Shown piece after piece: positions 48,753 through 60,825 of a DNA stretch of 64,000 bases. The position numbers were made by a program, and so were the translations under genes. The DNA comes from Octopus bimaculoides. Taxonomy: Eukaryota. The notes under the pieces are model-generated. The model was not told where the DNA came from and ran no database searches. It worked only from the letters and a program-made list of their open reading frames with translations. How positions within the stretch are numbered: the first letter of the stretch is position 1; every line of letters starts with the position of its first letter. Location of the stretch: the NCBI RefSeq assembly GCF_001194135.2, contig NC_068989.1:41491586-41555585 (forward strand), read 5' to 3'.

Positions 48753-51739
48753 GAACTTATGTAGCAACCCTTGCCCTGTTGTTGGATAAATTGAATAGTT
48801 TACAGCTGCAACCATCTTAATTTTACTATATTAAACATGGTAATTTGCCTTCTTTTCAGTCCTCACAACATTCATCAGATTTAGAGGCTGTCTCCATCTC
48901 CTGTGAGAAACTCTATTACCTAGATAGTTTGTATTCAGAGTATTAACCAAGTTAATTTTTGTGATTTAGTTTTGTATCTTTACTTTCAGTTATTCAAGAC
49001 TGATGCTAGCTTGTCACTGGTTCTAATTCTTAAATATAGAAAAGGAAGAGTACCAATTTAGAAAATGTCTAAAACCATTATTACAATGTATTTAAAGTTT
49101 TGTGTTGCAAGTTGTTGGCCTGAACTGGCATTAAAATGTTGATGACAGTGGTGGTGGTAGTAGTTATGTATGTGTGTCTTATCATTAGCTACAACAAAAA
49201 AGCACAATTTGGACATTAAATGAATTGAGTCAGCATTTCATTCTCAAACTGGCATGTGATATATTTAATTTTAACACCCATTCACCAAAAATAGTTCTTG
49301 AATAAGAAATTTGGAGCTAATTAATTGTTGATTATAAAAATAGCAGTGTATTGCTGTGAGGTGATGACCGTGGTAGTTGTATTTTACTGCATAATTCCTT
49401 CTTAATTTTGTTGTATCTTAAATATTTGGAGCAGGTGTACATTGATGGTTGGGCTGAACAATAGGTGTTGGTACAAGAATGGTAATCAACTTAATCAACT
49501 TTATCCACTCGGGGGAGGGGGGTGCTTTATAACAAAGTTAGGAATCAATATGTGGAAAATACATACTTTTTGTTTGTAATAAAAAATTCAACTACTATTT
49601 CTACTGGATTGTTTTATCGTTCATTTTCTGTCTCCAAATGTAAGGAAATTTGTCAGATCATGGTTATATTTGGTGCTATTTAAGTAGCTGGTGCATTATT
49701 TGTTTCGTGAGATAGGTTCTATTCTTTCACATTAAAGCATTATTTTATAGAAATCAAACAGTTCTAATAAATATTTTCTAAATCTTACTTGCCTACAACA
49801 AATTGCACATTCATTGGGTGTGTCATTTATTACTATTTCTTCAAGTGATGAGGTTAGAATAAGACCAAAACATAAGTTGTCTCTGCTTGTTAGTAAAATG
49901 AAAAAATTTCATTGGCTTATGTCTTTTCTTTACCTCATACCATATAAACAATAACACCATGTAAACAATAGACTGTCATTGTTTACGTTTGCTGTTAAAG
50001 TTTGTCTTGGCTGTTGTTTACCCAAGGGAATAGGTATCTTATTTAGAAACGTGGTTTGGGGAACAGTTAAAACATTTAGCTGTAGAAAAACTGCCTCAAT
50101 AAGTCTCGTCTAATTACTACTAGCATCCAATAAGCAAGCATTAAAATGATGTAAATTGCCTACTTGCTTAAGCCTTCATTTCATGTTGGAGTTGTGCGAA
50201 TGCCATCATGACAGTTTTTCTTCATCTGTTGCAGCAGTATGCTAGAACTGAAGTTTGCATTTATGATTTTACTTTTCCATTCTTTAATGTTGTCCAAGCA
50301 TCTCCTCCCTTCCATGGTCTTTGCGAAACCAATGGATCATACCATAGTGTTGTTTTTTCACTATTAGGAGTTCATTTATCACTTGCATACAGGATGATAG
50401 TATCAATACATGTAGGTTCCATCTCTCAAAATCTCTCATTTTAAAATGTCCATCGTCATTTAATGTCTGTTATCCATGCTGGCATGGTTTGGATGGTTTG
50501 ACCAGAGCTGTCCATATTTGAATTAAAACGTTTCATAATTTTAGTAACTAAAATGAAAATTATTTTAATGGAAGTCTTAATTATTTTTAAAGGCAATGGA
50601 AGTTTATAACCAGTTATTCAATTGATATTATGGTCATAAAAGGGTCAAGTGTTTTTAAATGAGTACTGAATATTTTCAGATAGTGCTAACTATATATGTG
50701 TCACCATCGGGTTAGTATCTGGAACAAGTCTCATAGCTTTGATGGCTGTCTAATAGTGGTAAATTAAAAATAATTAATTTCTAATGTTTTTGTTGCTTTT
50801 GTATCTGTTGATTTGAAATTACAAACCTCTTTTATGTCTCCAAGACTTACCCCTTTGCCATTAGCTATGGACAGTGCTTGTTTATTAATTCATATCAATA
50901 TAGGAAAAGAGATGAAGAATCATGGAAGGTGTTGCAGTTTTGCTTCCTGTCGAAATAGAAGCTAAAAACTGTTGGTATAATTAGTGTATGTCTCATTTTT
51001 TAAATGCAATTTTAAAGATAGGCTTAGATGTAGTTTGCTTCATAACTATGTGGTTTTGGGTTCAGTCCTACTGCTCAACACCTTGGGCAAATATCTTCTA
51101 TTCCTTATTTGGTTGGTAGGAATTGTAGAAAGCTTGTGTGTCTATGTCCAAGAATGTGCACATCTCATAGTTTTGCTTGTCACTCTGTGTCAAATGGTGA
51201 TACATTCTTGTTAGCATTATGACCAGTTGCTTTGAGTTTTAAAAGACCTGTTGAATAAAAGAAATATATTTCTTGAAAAGCAGGTATGGGTGGGTGACAG
51301 GAAGAACAGCCAACTAAAATTCTACCTTCAAATAGATTTCAGTTCTACCTTTTCTAGCATGGAAAAATGGATATTAAATAAATATGAATTTGATGTAAAT
51401 CAATGTATATTGGTTAATAATCTTCAACACACACACATTTTTTAAAATTTAGCTATTAGTAACTCTGTTCTACTGTGTTTTAATCTATATTTCTTTTTTA
51501 TCTTTGCTAAATTATGGTCATGTAATACTTTGATTGTTCTTATGTTAAACATGTTCTGTCAAACTGGTATTTGTTTCTCCACTCAGATCTTAGTGGTTTG
51601 AAATTTTTGACTTCTAATCTACAAAAAGCTCTCCAGTTCTTGTGACTATTTTTTTTTTTCTCCACCACTCAGAGCATCGTTGCACTGGAGATTGGGAAGA
51701 TATTGACCGTACACAGCAACAACAAAGCAGCAATGTTAT

Positions 51740-51967
51740 TTAACCCTGCAGCATTCAGACTGCTTTATCAAATGTATTGCTTATTTATTCACATTATTTA
51801 AAATTAATCATGCATTATCTTGTAACTTTGAGATTTAGATGATGTGAATGTTATTTTTAGAATGACACAGGGGGATAGGTTTGAGAAGCTGGATCTGGCA
51901 AATTTGGAATTAAAAATAGATAGAATATTTTGGCCGGATATGGCTGGTTTAAATGCTAAAGGATTAA
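51740..51967 (+). mobile_element. TTAA-flanked MITE, family P1
   Basis: TTAACCCTGCAGCATTCAG...AAATGCTAAAGGATTAA. Confidence 0.8.
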
Positions 51968-52639
51968 GTAGCTACTGGTTTAAAATGTGTGTTAATTTGA
52001 GGGAAGTAACTTTTTTTTTCAAAATTAAATGATTACTGTAGTAACACTATGTCAGGCACAGGCAACCTTTTTTTCGAGATGCAGGCTGCATAAGACATGG
52101 CTCATCATCAGACGGGCTGCACTGCTAAAATTTTTTATTAGCATGCCATTCAAAAAGTCCTGCAGATCACAGTTTGGCCATGAATGGTGTATATTTTAAC
52201 ATAAGTATTTCTTTATTAGTCACAAAGTTCTAAAACAAAGATGGGATGGTACAAGGACAGACAGAGACAATATATGTGAGGACATAAAATATAAAAATGA
52301 TGAATGAAATGAAAATATGTGTAAAATGAGGATGAACTTCATTGCCTGAGCAATCACGGTTTTACTGTTCATTTTCTGTTCAATCATCAAATCAATTTTA
52401 CTTACCCCATGAAATAAGGTTCCAATTTTTTATATTCTACCACCTGGCTAGGGCTTCAAACTTCACCTCTGTCCCCAGTGGCCCTGTATGAGTTTTTGTA
52501 ATATATGTTTTGTATTTTAGCTTATCAAACAAAATGCACTTTGTTTCAGCTGAGTAGATTTTAGAAAGTTTAACTCTGGTGATATTTTAAAATTTTTGAT
52601 TGTTTTCTCTATAGATATACTACTTCTGTAAGCCATTAT

Positions 52640-53700
52640 GTATGCAGTTTGAATTGTCAGGGTTTTACTGTGTTGTGTGTCTGTATGTGTCTGCTTATCT
52701 GGTGTGTGTGACTTTTTTTTTTTGGCTTGTGTGCATTTTGGTGATGTTCTTTTCTCTTTTTCTTGTTACTTGTATGTACTCCTCCTTGGCATCTTCTTGG
52801 TTTGTTTGTTGCATCTTGGGTCCCTTCTGCTACCTTTGCTGTGCTCTCTGGCTGGGTCAGGATCTCAGCTACTTCTGTTCTTGTTCATTTTTTTTTGTGG
52901 GGGGGGGGGCACTTCTTTTTGATGTGCCCCTTCTGGCTGCAGCCATAGTAGGTGAGAGGTCTCCCATCACTGTTAATTTTTTGTCTTCCGGTAACTCAAT
53001 TTCTGGGAGCTCGTCTGTTTGGTTGGCCTGGACAATAACTCCAGGCTGTAACCCCATCAATTCAAATACTGTGTCTGGGTTGCCTGCACAACCAATGGGT
53101 CCTACTTTGTTCCAGAGAGTACAGCTGCCGCAATCCATAATCCTATCATTTCTGGCGGAATCCTACCAATCCTTACCCTAGAGACTCGTTTCCCCAGGTA
53201 GGTTGGTAAGAGTAACTATTCTTCAGTTCTTACTGGTACAATGGAGTGCTTAACTGCCACCTCTATGGAGGCAAATCACTGTACACTGTACCGAATTTTC
53301 TACCTTAGGTGTAGTAGGAGTTGTCTTCTCTAATTGAGTCTAGACATTTTTCAATGGCCTCTTCTGAAGCCATTTCAATATTTTTTCCGAGCAAATATAG
53401 TCCTATAAAATACTGTTCTTTTTGCATCTCCAATTAAATCCTCCGGAGGGGTCAATTTTACTCTCAGCCCCTGCCTTTCAGCAAATTGCATGCATTCACA
53501 TAATTTATCATGGGGGATAGCAACTTCTCTCATTTCAAACTGTTGTACATTCTTTGTTATGTTCTGTTTTCCAGCTACCGACATGTAGCTTCCTGCTCGT
53601 CCTTCCTTGACGCCTATTTCAGCCATATTTGTTTCCATCCCAAATGGGGGCAAAAACAACAAAAAACACAAGCTCGCTGCACAAGCTGTGTGTTTTTGAA
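52640..53700 (-). mobile_element. Degenerate LINE ORF1 (L1/Tx1-like) with zinc knuckle
   Basis: Frameshifted reading ...VSRVRIGRIPPEMIGLWIAAAV...EDKKLTV..GRPLT(Y)YGCSQKGHIKKKCP gives CX2CX4HX4C with the first Cys mutated (~52909-52953). Confidence 0.65.
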
Positions 53701-53805
53701 AAACAGTAAGAAATTAACAAAGCCTGCAAAGGCCATGGGACAGCCCCTTTCTGAGGTCCAAATCCATAAAAAAAATTTTTTGTATTGACCAATGTATAAT
53801 ATTGT

Positions 53806-54030
53806 TTAACATTTAGCATTTAAACCAGCCACATCTAGCCCAAATATTTTACCTGTTTTATGTTCAAACCAGCCAGATCCAGCCTCTCACATCTATCCTA
53901 CAATGTCATTCTAAAAATAAACAGTCACATCCTCAAAATCTTGAAGCTGCAAGATAATGCATGGTCAATTCAAAACAATGTTAATTAATAAGCATTACGT
54001 TTGACAGTAATCTGAATGCTTAAGGGTTAA
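53806..54030 (-). mobile_element. TTAA-flanked MITE, family P1 (inverted copy)
   Basis: TTAACATTTAGCATTTAAACCAGCC...CTGAATGCTTAAGGGTTAA. Confidence 0.8.
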
Positions 54031-54424
54031 TCTCCACCCCAATATCCACATTGTTTAACATATTTCCAATGTCATCATGACCTGTGATTTATCTGAAAGG
54101 CCATTTTTTTATAGATAAACATTGAAGAAGTCAAACTTTATTAGTCCTGCTTTTCAGATTTATTTCTATCATAACAATGGGCTTCAAATGTTGGCACAAG
54201 GCCAGCAATTTAGGGGAACGGTATAAGACAATTACATTGACCCCAGTGCTCAACAGGTACTTATTTTATCGACCCTGGAAGGATGAAAGGTAAAGTCGAA
54301 TGGCTTCCACTTCCTCTTCAGCAGTATTGTATCATCAGTTACATTTCTTTCAAGAGAATTGATACTTCAGCTATGATACAGTATAAATAGGTTGAAACCA
54401 AGAATATTTATTTACAAGAAAAAT

Positions 54425-54652
54425 TTAGCCCTTTAGCATTCAGATTATTCTGTTAAATGTAATGCTTATTTATTCACATTCTTTCGAATTAATCATGCAT
54501 TATCTTGTATCTTCAAGTTTCTGATGACCTGGTAGTTTATTTTTAGAATGACATCGTAGGGTTAATGTGAGGAGCCAGATTTGGCCAATTTGGACATAAA
54601 GCAGTTAGAATTTTTCAGCCAGATATGACTGATTTAAATGCTAAAGGGTTAA
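54425..54652 (+). mobile_element. TTAA-flanked MITE, family P1
   Basis: TTAGCCCTTTAGCATTCAGATT...AAATGCTAAAGGGTTAA. Confidence 0.8.
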
Positions 54653-56419
54653 AGAGTTTTTTTTTTTTTCGTGTGTTCTAATTGTTATTTTGAATCTAAA
54701 ATGTTAGTATCCACAACTTGATCCAATTGTATACACTTAAGATTGCATTTCAGTCCTTGTTCGTCATTTGCCATTTCAGCACTGGTAGAGAGTTGTGGAG
54801 TGTAGTTATTTAAACTGATTCTGCAGGAGATGGTGGTATGCACATGTAATAGGATTTAAATGAGGACATGTGCTCAGATGTATCCTTCAATGACTAATTG
54901 TCGGAAGAATCCTTGGTCTTATAATTTAGTTCTAATACTGCAACCAACACTTCATTATAAGCCAGCAAGGGAGCCTCTATATGGTAATTTGACTACAATA
55001 GCCACCAAATTTCTTTCTAATAATACACTCTCCTCTACAGCAAAACATTTCCAGTTCTTTTTTTCTTAGGAATGGCATCTAGCAATAGAAACCATGCTAA
55101 AGTTGACCTTGGAACTTGGATTCTGTCAACCTGTACAACCCTAGCCTGTATGGAAAACACATTAAATGATGATAACCTCCTCTCATTTGAAAATTGGATG
55201 GACATGTTTAAAAGAAAGTTCTGTGTATCATGAACTAGACAGCAATACTAGTCAGTATGTTACTTACACTGCTTAGCACAAAATGCTATGCCTTTACTTT
55301 ATATTTTTTTACAAATAGCTGGTCTGCTGTTGGCTTGATATGAAACATTGACTCTGTAGCATGTAGGCTAACATACCATTTACCTATCTTATTGCATCAT
55401 TGTAAAATTAATTGCACCATTTGAAATGTCCATGAAAGTGTCTCAGTTGTAATTAATGGTTAAAAAAGAAATTTGTAGGACCACTAACTGTGAGGAGATG
55501 TCAGTGAAATGTTTGATAAAATATAAATCTGGACATATTTTAGAATTCATGTCCTGTTTTGTTGTCAGAAGGTTGGGTAGAGAGAGAAATTAACATTATA
55601 TATGTGTGTGTTTGATAATCATAATATTCAAAGGCAAGCTTCATGGTTGATGATAAAGCCCAACAAATCTGTCTCTGTTTCCAATATTAATTAATCGTGG
55701 TGAGCTGGCAGAGTGCATAGTGGCATTTCATCCATCTTTATTTTCTGAGTTCAAATTTTGCTGAGGTCAGCTTTGCCTTTCATCATTTTAAGGTTGATAA
55801 AATAAGCACCTGTTGAACAGTGGAGTTGGTGTAATTGACTAAAAAGTAGTCTTCAAAAATTTTCTCTTTATCCTGCGGGTATAATTTGATTGTTTATGAT
55901 TCTGCTGAATCAACGGAACATAGCTGAAACATCCTGGTTTTGTATAGCAGTTTTATATTACAAAACTAACATAAAATTATAGCACTGCATAGATGGGGCG
56001 GTGTAAGATGTTTATCATGTGTGGTATTTGTATACAAGATTTTCATTTTGTTCACCTTGGTGGTGTTACACATCAAGCTGGCCTTGAAATTCTAGCATCA
56101 TAATAACATTCTACTGAATCACCAACTTGAAGCTGACTGCATGCCTAGTGTTCTTTGCTGCAGTATAAGAATGGAGTTCTTTCCTATTTGAATTTATCTT
56201 GATTATCTTTTGAGTAGGTTTCTTGTATTTTGTATAAATAAATAAAACCATCTTTAGACTTCTATTTCAAATATTCTTCACAAATATGATGCCTGCATTA
56301 CTTTATGTAGAGTTATCTTCAAATATATGTAGTCTGTCTGATAGAAATTGCAGGTGCACTTTTTTAGATCTTTTTTGTCTTTTTTTTTTCTCCTTGTTTC
56401 ACTCATTAGACTGATCATG

Positions 56420-56790
56420 CTGAGGCACTGCCCCGGAGAATTTTTAGTTGAATGAATTGACTCTTGTACTTTTTTTTTTTTAAACTTGGTACTTGTTCTT
56501 TCCGTCACTTTTATCAAACCACTAAGTTATGGGGATGTAAACACAACATCACCAGTTGTCAAGTGATGATGGTGGTACACATGCATGAATACATACATAC
56601 ATACACACATGCACGTACACACACATACACATATGTACACACAATGGGCTTCTTTCATTTTTTGCAGACCAAATCCACTCTCAAAGCTGATATAGTAGAA
56701 GACACTTGCCCAAGGTACCACACAGCTAGTTGAACTGGGAACCTTGTGGTTGTGAAGCAAGCTTCTTACCACACAGCCACACCTGCCCCT
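56420..56790 (-). mobile_element. tRNA-derived SINE (head, spacer, module A)
   Basis: CTAAGTTATGGGGATGTAAACACAACATCACCAGTTGTCAAG...CTTCTTACCACACAGCCACACCTGCC. Confidence 0.75.
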
Positions 56791-57520
56791 AGATGTTTAA
56801 ACATTATTTTGAGCAAATGTTTTTTTTTTTTTAATGTTATTATTGAAGGGCTATTGATTGGCAGAATACTTTAGAACATTGGAAAGAAGTCCTTGTATTT
56901 GTTCATGTACTTTACTTTGTGAGTTCAAACCTCACCTATATCAACTTTACTCCTCCTCTGCCCTGGGGTTGATAAAATAAAGTACTGATCAGGTACTGTG
57001 GGCACTAGTGTCAACTCAGCTTTCCCCTCAAAATTGCTGGTATTGCACCTAAATTGAAAGCAATATTATTATTAACCAGTATAGTGAACAACTGTAGTTG
57101 GATGTTAAATAAGGAGAACTGTATGACTGCCTATAACTCTAGTTTTAATAAATCTTAACAAAACATGTAAAAGATAGCAATTCCTGTATATGTGTTCATA
57201 CACACACATGCACACAGCAGCCATTCTTTCTTGCTCACAGATATTGGATGGCTTTTGCTAATTTCAACAGTTGCATATCAATAGAGCATTTTTCCTTTAT
57301 TTCACAAAATTGCAGAAAATATAGCCAAGGTTATGAGTGGGCAGCAAAGTTTATGCTCAATATTTGTTTCCTTTTTCTTCCTTCCTCATAAAGTTTGGTG
57401 TACCAAGCCTCTGCTAGCTACTCAATTGAATCCATCATTCCATTCAACTTCCATTAGACAATGAAATCTATTTGCTTGATTATATTTCAGAGCATACAAA
57501 GTTGATTGTAATAACCAAAT

Positions 57521-58100
57521 AGATGTGGCTATGTGGTAAGAAGTTTGTTTCCAAACTACATGGCTCTGGGTTCAGTCCCACTGCATGATACCTTGGACAA
57601 GTGTCTTCTACTATAGGTATGGGGCTGAACAAAGCTTCGTGAGTGGATTTGGTAGGTGAAAACTGAAAGAAGCCTATTTGTGTGTGTGTGTGTTTACAAT
57701 ATGTGTATTTGTGTCTCCTTGTTTTACATAATGTGATAGTTGGTTTGATGAGTTGGAAAGCTGCACCAAGTTCCAGTCTGGTTTGGCATGGTTTCTGTGG
57801 CTGGATTCCCTTCCTAACGCCAACCACTCCAAGAGTGTATTGGATGCCTTTTATGTGCTACCGGCACAAGTGCTTTTTTTATGTGCCACCGGCACAGGTG
57901 CTTTTTTATGTGCTACTGGCACAGATGCTATTTTTTGTGCTACTGGCTTGGGTGCTAGTTACGTGACACCAGCATTGGCCACGACTATTTCACTTCGCTT
58001 GGTGAGTTTTCTCAAGCATGGCATATCGCCAAAGGTCTTGGTCACTTGTCATCACCTCCTTGTGGCCTCCGTGAGCCCATGCAAACATGAAAACGTGGTC
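57521..58100. mobile_element. Plus-strand SINE head interrupted near 57740 by a minus-strand RTE-tail element with ~24-bp repeats
   Basis: Head GATGTGGCTATGTGGTAAGAAG...AACTGAAAGAAGCC; then GGCTGGATTCCCTTCCTAACGCCAACCAC and four TTTTATGTGC.ACCGGCACA.GTG units. Confidence 0.7.
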
Positions 58101-59100
58101 ATTAAAATGATGATGATTTTGGTTGCTCTTGCTATTGGTACCATCCTTCTCTTTCCTCTTGGAGTAGCTAATTTCCTGATGAAGTGTAATGTTTTAGAAT
58201 GAATCTTCCTTCTGAAATTGTTACAAATAGGACCAAAACAGACCATTTATCATCAATATGTTTCCTCTTACTTATGATTCTCTCATAAGTCTAACCAAAG
58301 ATGAATCGGTTTTGTTAATTTTGTTTTTAATTAGTAAAATATCTTTTGATGTCATTTTTTTTTTTTTTTGTAAATATTTTGGTAAGCATTTTAGTGACTG
58401 TTCTCTCTCAACATCATTTGTTGAATGTTTAAATCTAGTTAGTGTTCACCATAGCTAGTTTCTGTGCCTTGGGCTGTTGTATGAGCAGATACTATTTACA
58501 CACTCTTCTCAGATACTTCTCATTGGCACAACTTCAACTTGTATCATTTCATTAACATGTTTTCACACATAGCCTAAATGATTTTCATTTCTGTTGGGTA
58601 ATTTATGGGCAGAACAGCTGCATCTGCTGTCACACACACACATGTAATTTTAGCTAATTTTGCTCAGTTGTAGATTAGTAAGCTTGCTATAAGATATAAT
58701 AGTTCATTCAAAAATATTTCCTCTTTTAAATTTTAGCTTTTCAAGATTCATTATTATAATTTAAAGCTGTAGGTGACAGGCTTGTTAAGATGACAGATAA
58801 AATGTCTTGCTTATTTATGTACTGTTCAAATCTCAAGGAAGCTTTTTTTAAAATCTTTATGTGGTTTATAAAATAGGTACTATTCAAGTACCAGAGTTAG
58901 AATTAATTCTAACATTCTCCACTAATTTGAATCTTGTTTTTTTTCGTGTTAGGATCAGTTTTCATCGTGTTTAGTGTTAAGTACTTGTAAGTTACTGAGA
59001 GGAAGCTAATTTAACCAATTATCTTATCTCTTATGGAAGTCCCCCCCCCCCCNNNNNNNNNNTGTATTTATTTATATATATATATGTATGTATATATATT

Positions 59101-59484
59101 GTTGGCACTCTGTCACTTATGATGACGAGGGTTCCAGTTGATCCGATCAACAGAACAGCCTGCTCATGAAATTAACGTGCAAGTGGCTAAGCACTCCACA
59201 GACACGTGTACCCTTAACGTAGTTCTTGGGGATATTCAGCATGACACAGAGTGTGACAAGGCTGACCCTTTGAATTACAGGCACAACAGAAACCGGAAGT
59301 AAGAGTGAGAGAAAGTTGTGGTGAATGAATACAGCCGGGTTCACCACCCTCCTCTGCCGGAGCCTCATGGAGCTTTAGGTGTTTTCGCTCAATAAACACT
59401 CACAACGCCCGGTCTGGGAATCAAAACCGAGATCCTATGACCGTGAGTCCACTGCCCTAACCACTGGGCCATTCTGTCTCCACA
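59101..59484 (-). mobile_element. tRNA-head SINE with alternative middle and tail T1
   Basis: Head reverse complement GTGGAGACAGAATGGCCCAGTGGTTAGGGC...GGTTTTGATTCCCAG; tail shared with 13100. Confidence 0.8.
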
Positions 59485-59553
59485 GGTATATATATATATA
59501 TAGGTTTAACATTACAAACATGGAAATGGAACTCAAAGCTTGAGTACAGGGTA

Positions 59554-60090
59554 CAGGGTGTCCCCCAAAAATTGACATAATTTTGGTGTCTAATAACATA
59601 GCGAATTCTTGCTCAAAATGATATCAAATTTTAACAAAATGTGTAATGACTACGTTTGGATTGGACATGCCAGTGATAATGACAATACTGTTGAAATGAC
59701 CACTAAATTCACCTGATTTGATATTTTGTAAATTTTTTTCTGTGGGGCTGTGTGAAAAGACTGGTCTATATCCACTGCTCTTCTTACAAGACTGGAGGAA
59801 CTTGAGCAGAGAATCACTGAGGGGGCTGGAGGATGTTATGTAAGACATGCTACAGCATGTTTATCAGGAGCTGGACTACTGATTTGACATGTGTCATGTC
59901 ACTGGTGGTGCACATATTGAACATTTGTGAACCTTAGAATCTACATCTCTCAGAATCTTTTGTTTGAGTTTTGATAAATAAATCTTCTATTGTTCAACAT
60001 GAAACCTATTTGGTTTTGTTTGTCTAAGACACGTAGTTATTCAGATATTCACATTTCAAATGATGTCAATTTGGGGGTGGGGACACCTTG
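59554..60090 (+). mobile_element. Tc1/mariner deletion derivative with both TIRs and TA TSD
   Basis: TA|CAGGGTGTCCCCCAAAAATTGACAT ... ATGTCAATTTGGGGGTGGGGACACCTTG|TA; internal C-terminal remnant NSPDL..FFLWGCVK...DMCHVTGGAHIEHL*. Confidence 0.85.
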
Positions 60091-60239
60091 TATACATATG
60101 TATTTTTATACAGAGTAACTGAAGGGCTGAGAGTTTTGTACACTGGTACTTACCAAATACCTGTGCATTGAATCTTTCAACTCTTGATTTCTCTATAACT
60201 TCTGATATAGAATAAAAAATATATCATTGTCATATTTGT

Positions 60240-60825
60240 TTTACCTGTTTTTCCATGCCTGTTTGGGTCATATGGAGTTTATAGAGGCAGATTTTCTGTG
60301 ACCAAATACCCTTCCTGTTGCCAACCCTCACTTATATCCAAGCAAGTTAATATTTCCTCATGGCGAGATGTATTTTCACAGAATATTGGATATGAATGGC
60401 ATTCAATCACCATGCTATGTCAAGACCAGAAGACACAAACGTACACACACATATGAAAGGCTTCTTTCAGTTTCATCATCATCATCATCATCATTGTCGT
60501 TTAACGTCTGCTTTCCATGCTAGCATGGGTTGGACGATTTGACTGAGGACTGGTGAAACCAGATGGCTACACCAGGCTCCAATCTGATTTGGCAGAGTTT
60601 CTACAGCTGGATGCCCTTCCTAATGCCAACCACTCAGAGAGTGTAGTGGGTGCTTTTACGTGCCACCCGCACAAAGGCCAGTCAGGCGGTACTGACTATC
60701 AATGAAATTTACTCAAGTCTTCAGTCAACTCATAGCTACAGTAGAAAACACCCAAGTGCCATGCAGCAGGTCTGAACTTGAAACCATGTGGTTTGGAAGC
60801 AGACATTCAACTACACAACCATGCT
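60240..60825 (-). mobile_element. Older SINE (head plus module B) with a young RTE-tail element nested at 60474-60692
   Basis: Module B at 60240-60450 and head remnant at 60700-60825; the inserted copy starts with (CAT)n and matches 47190-47400. Confidence 0.8.

Noticed and set aside
51661-51740. Strong acceptor ttttttttttctccaccactcag followed by a short open stretch
   Set aside because: There is no good donor, the frame runs into a MITE and stops, and the peptide does not resemble RAD23.
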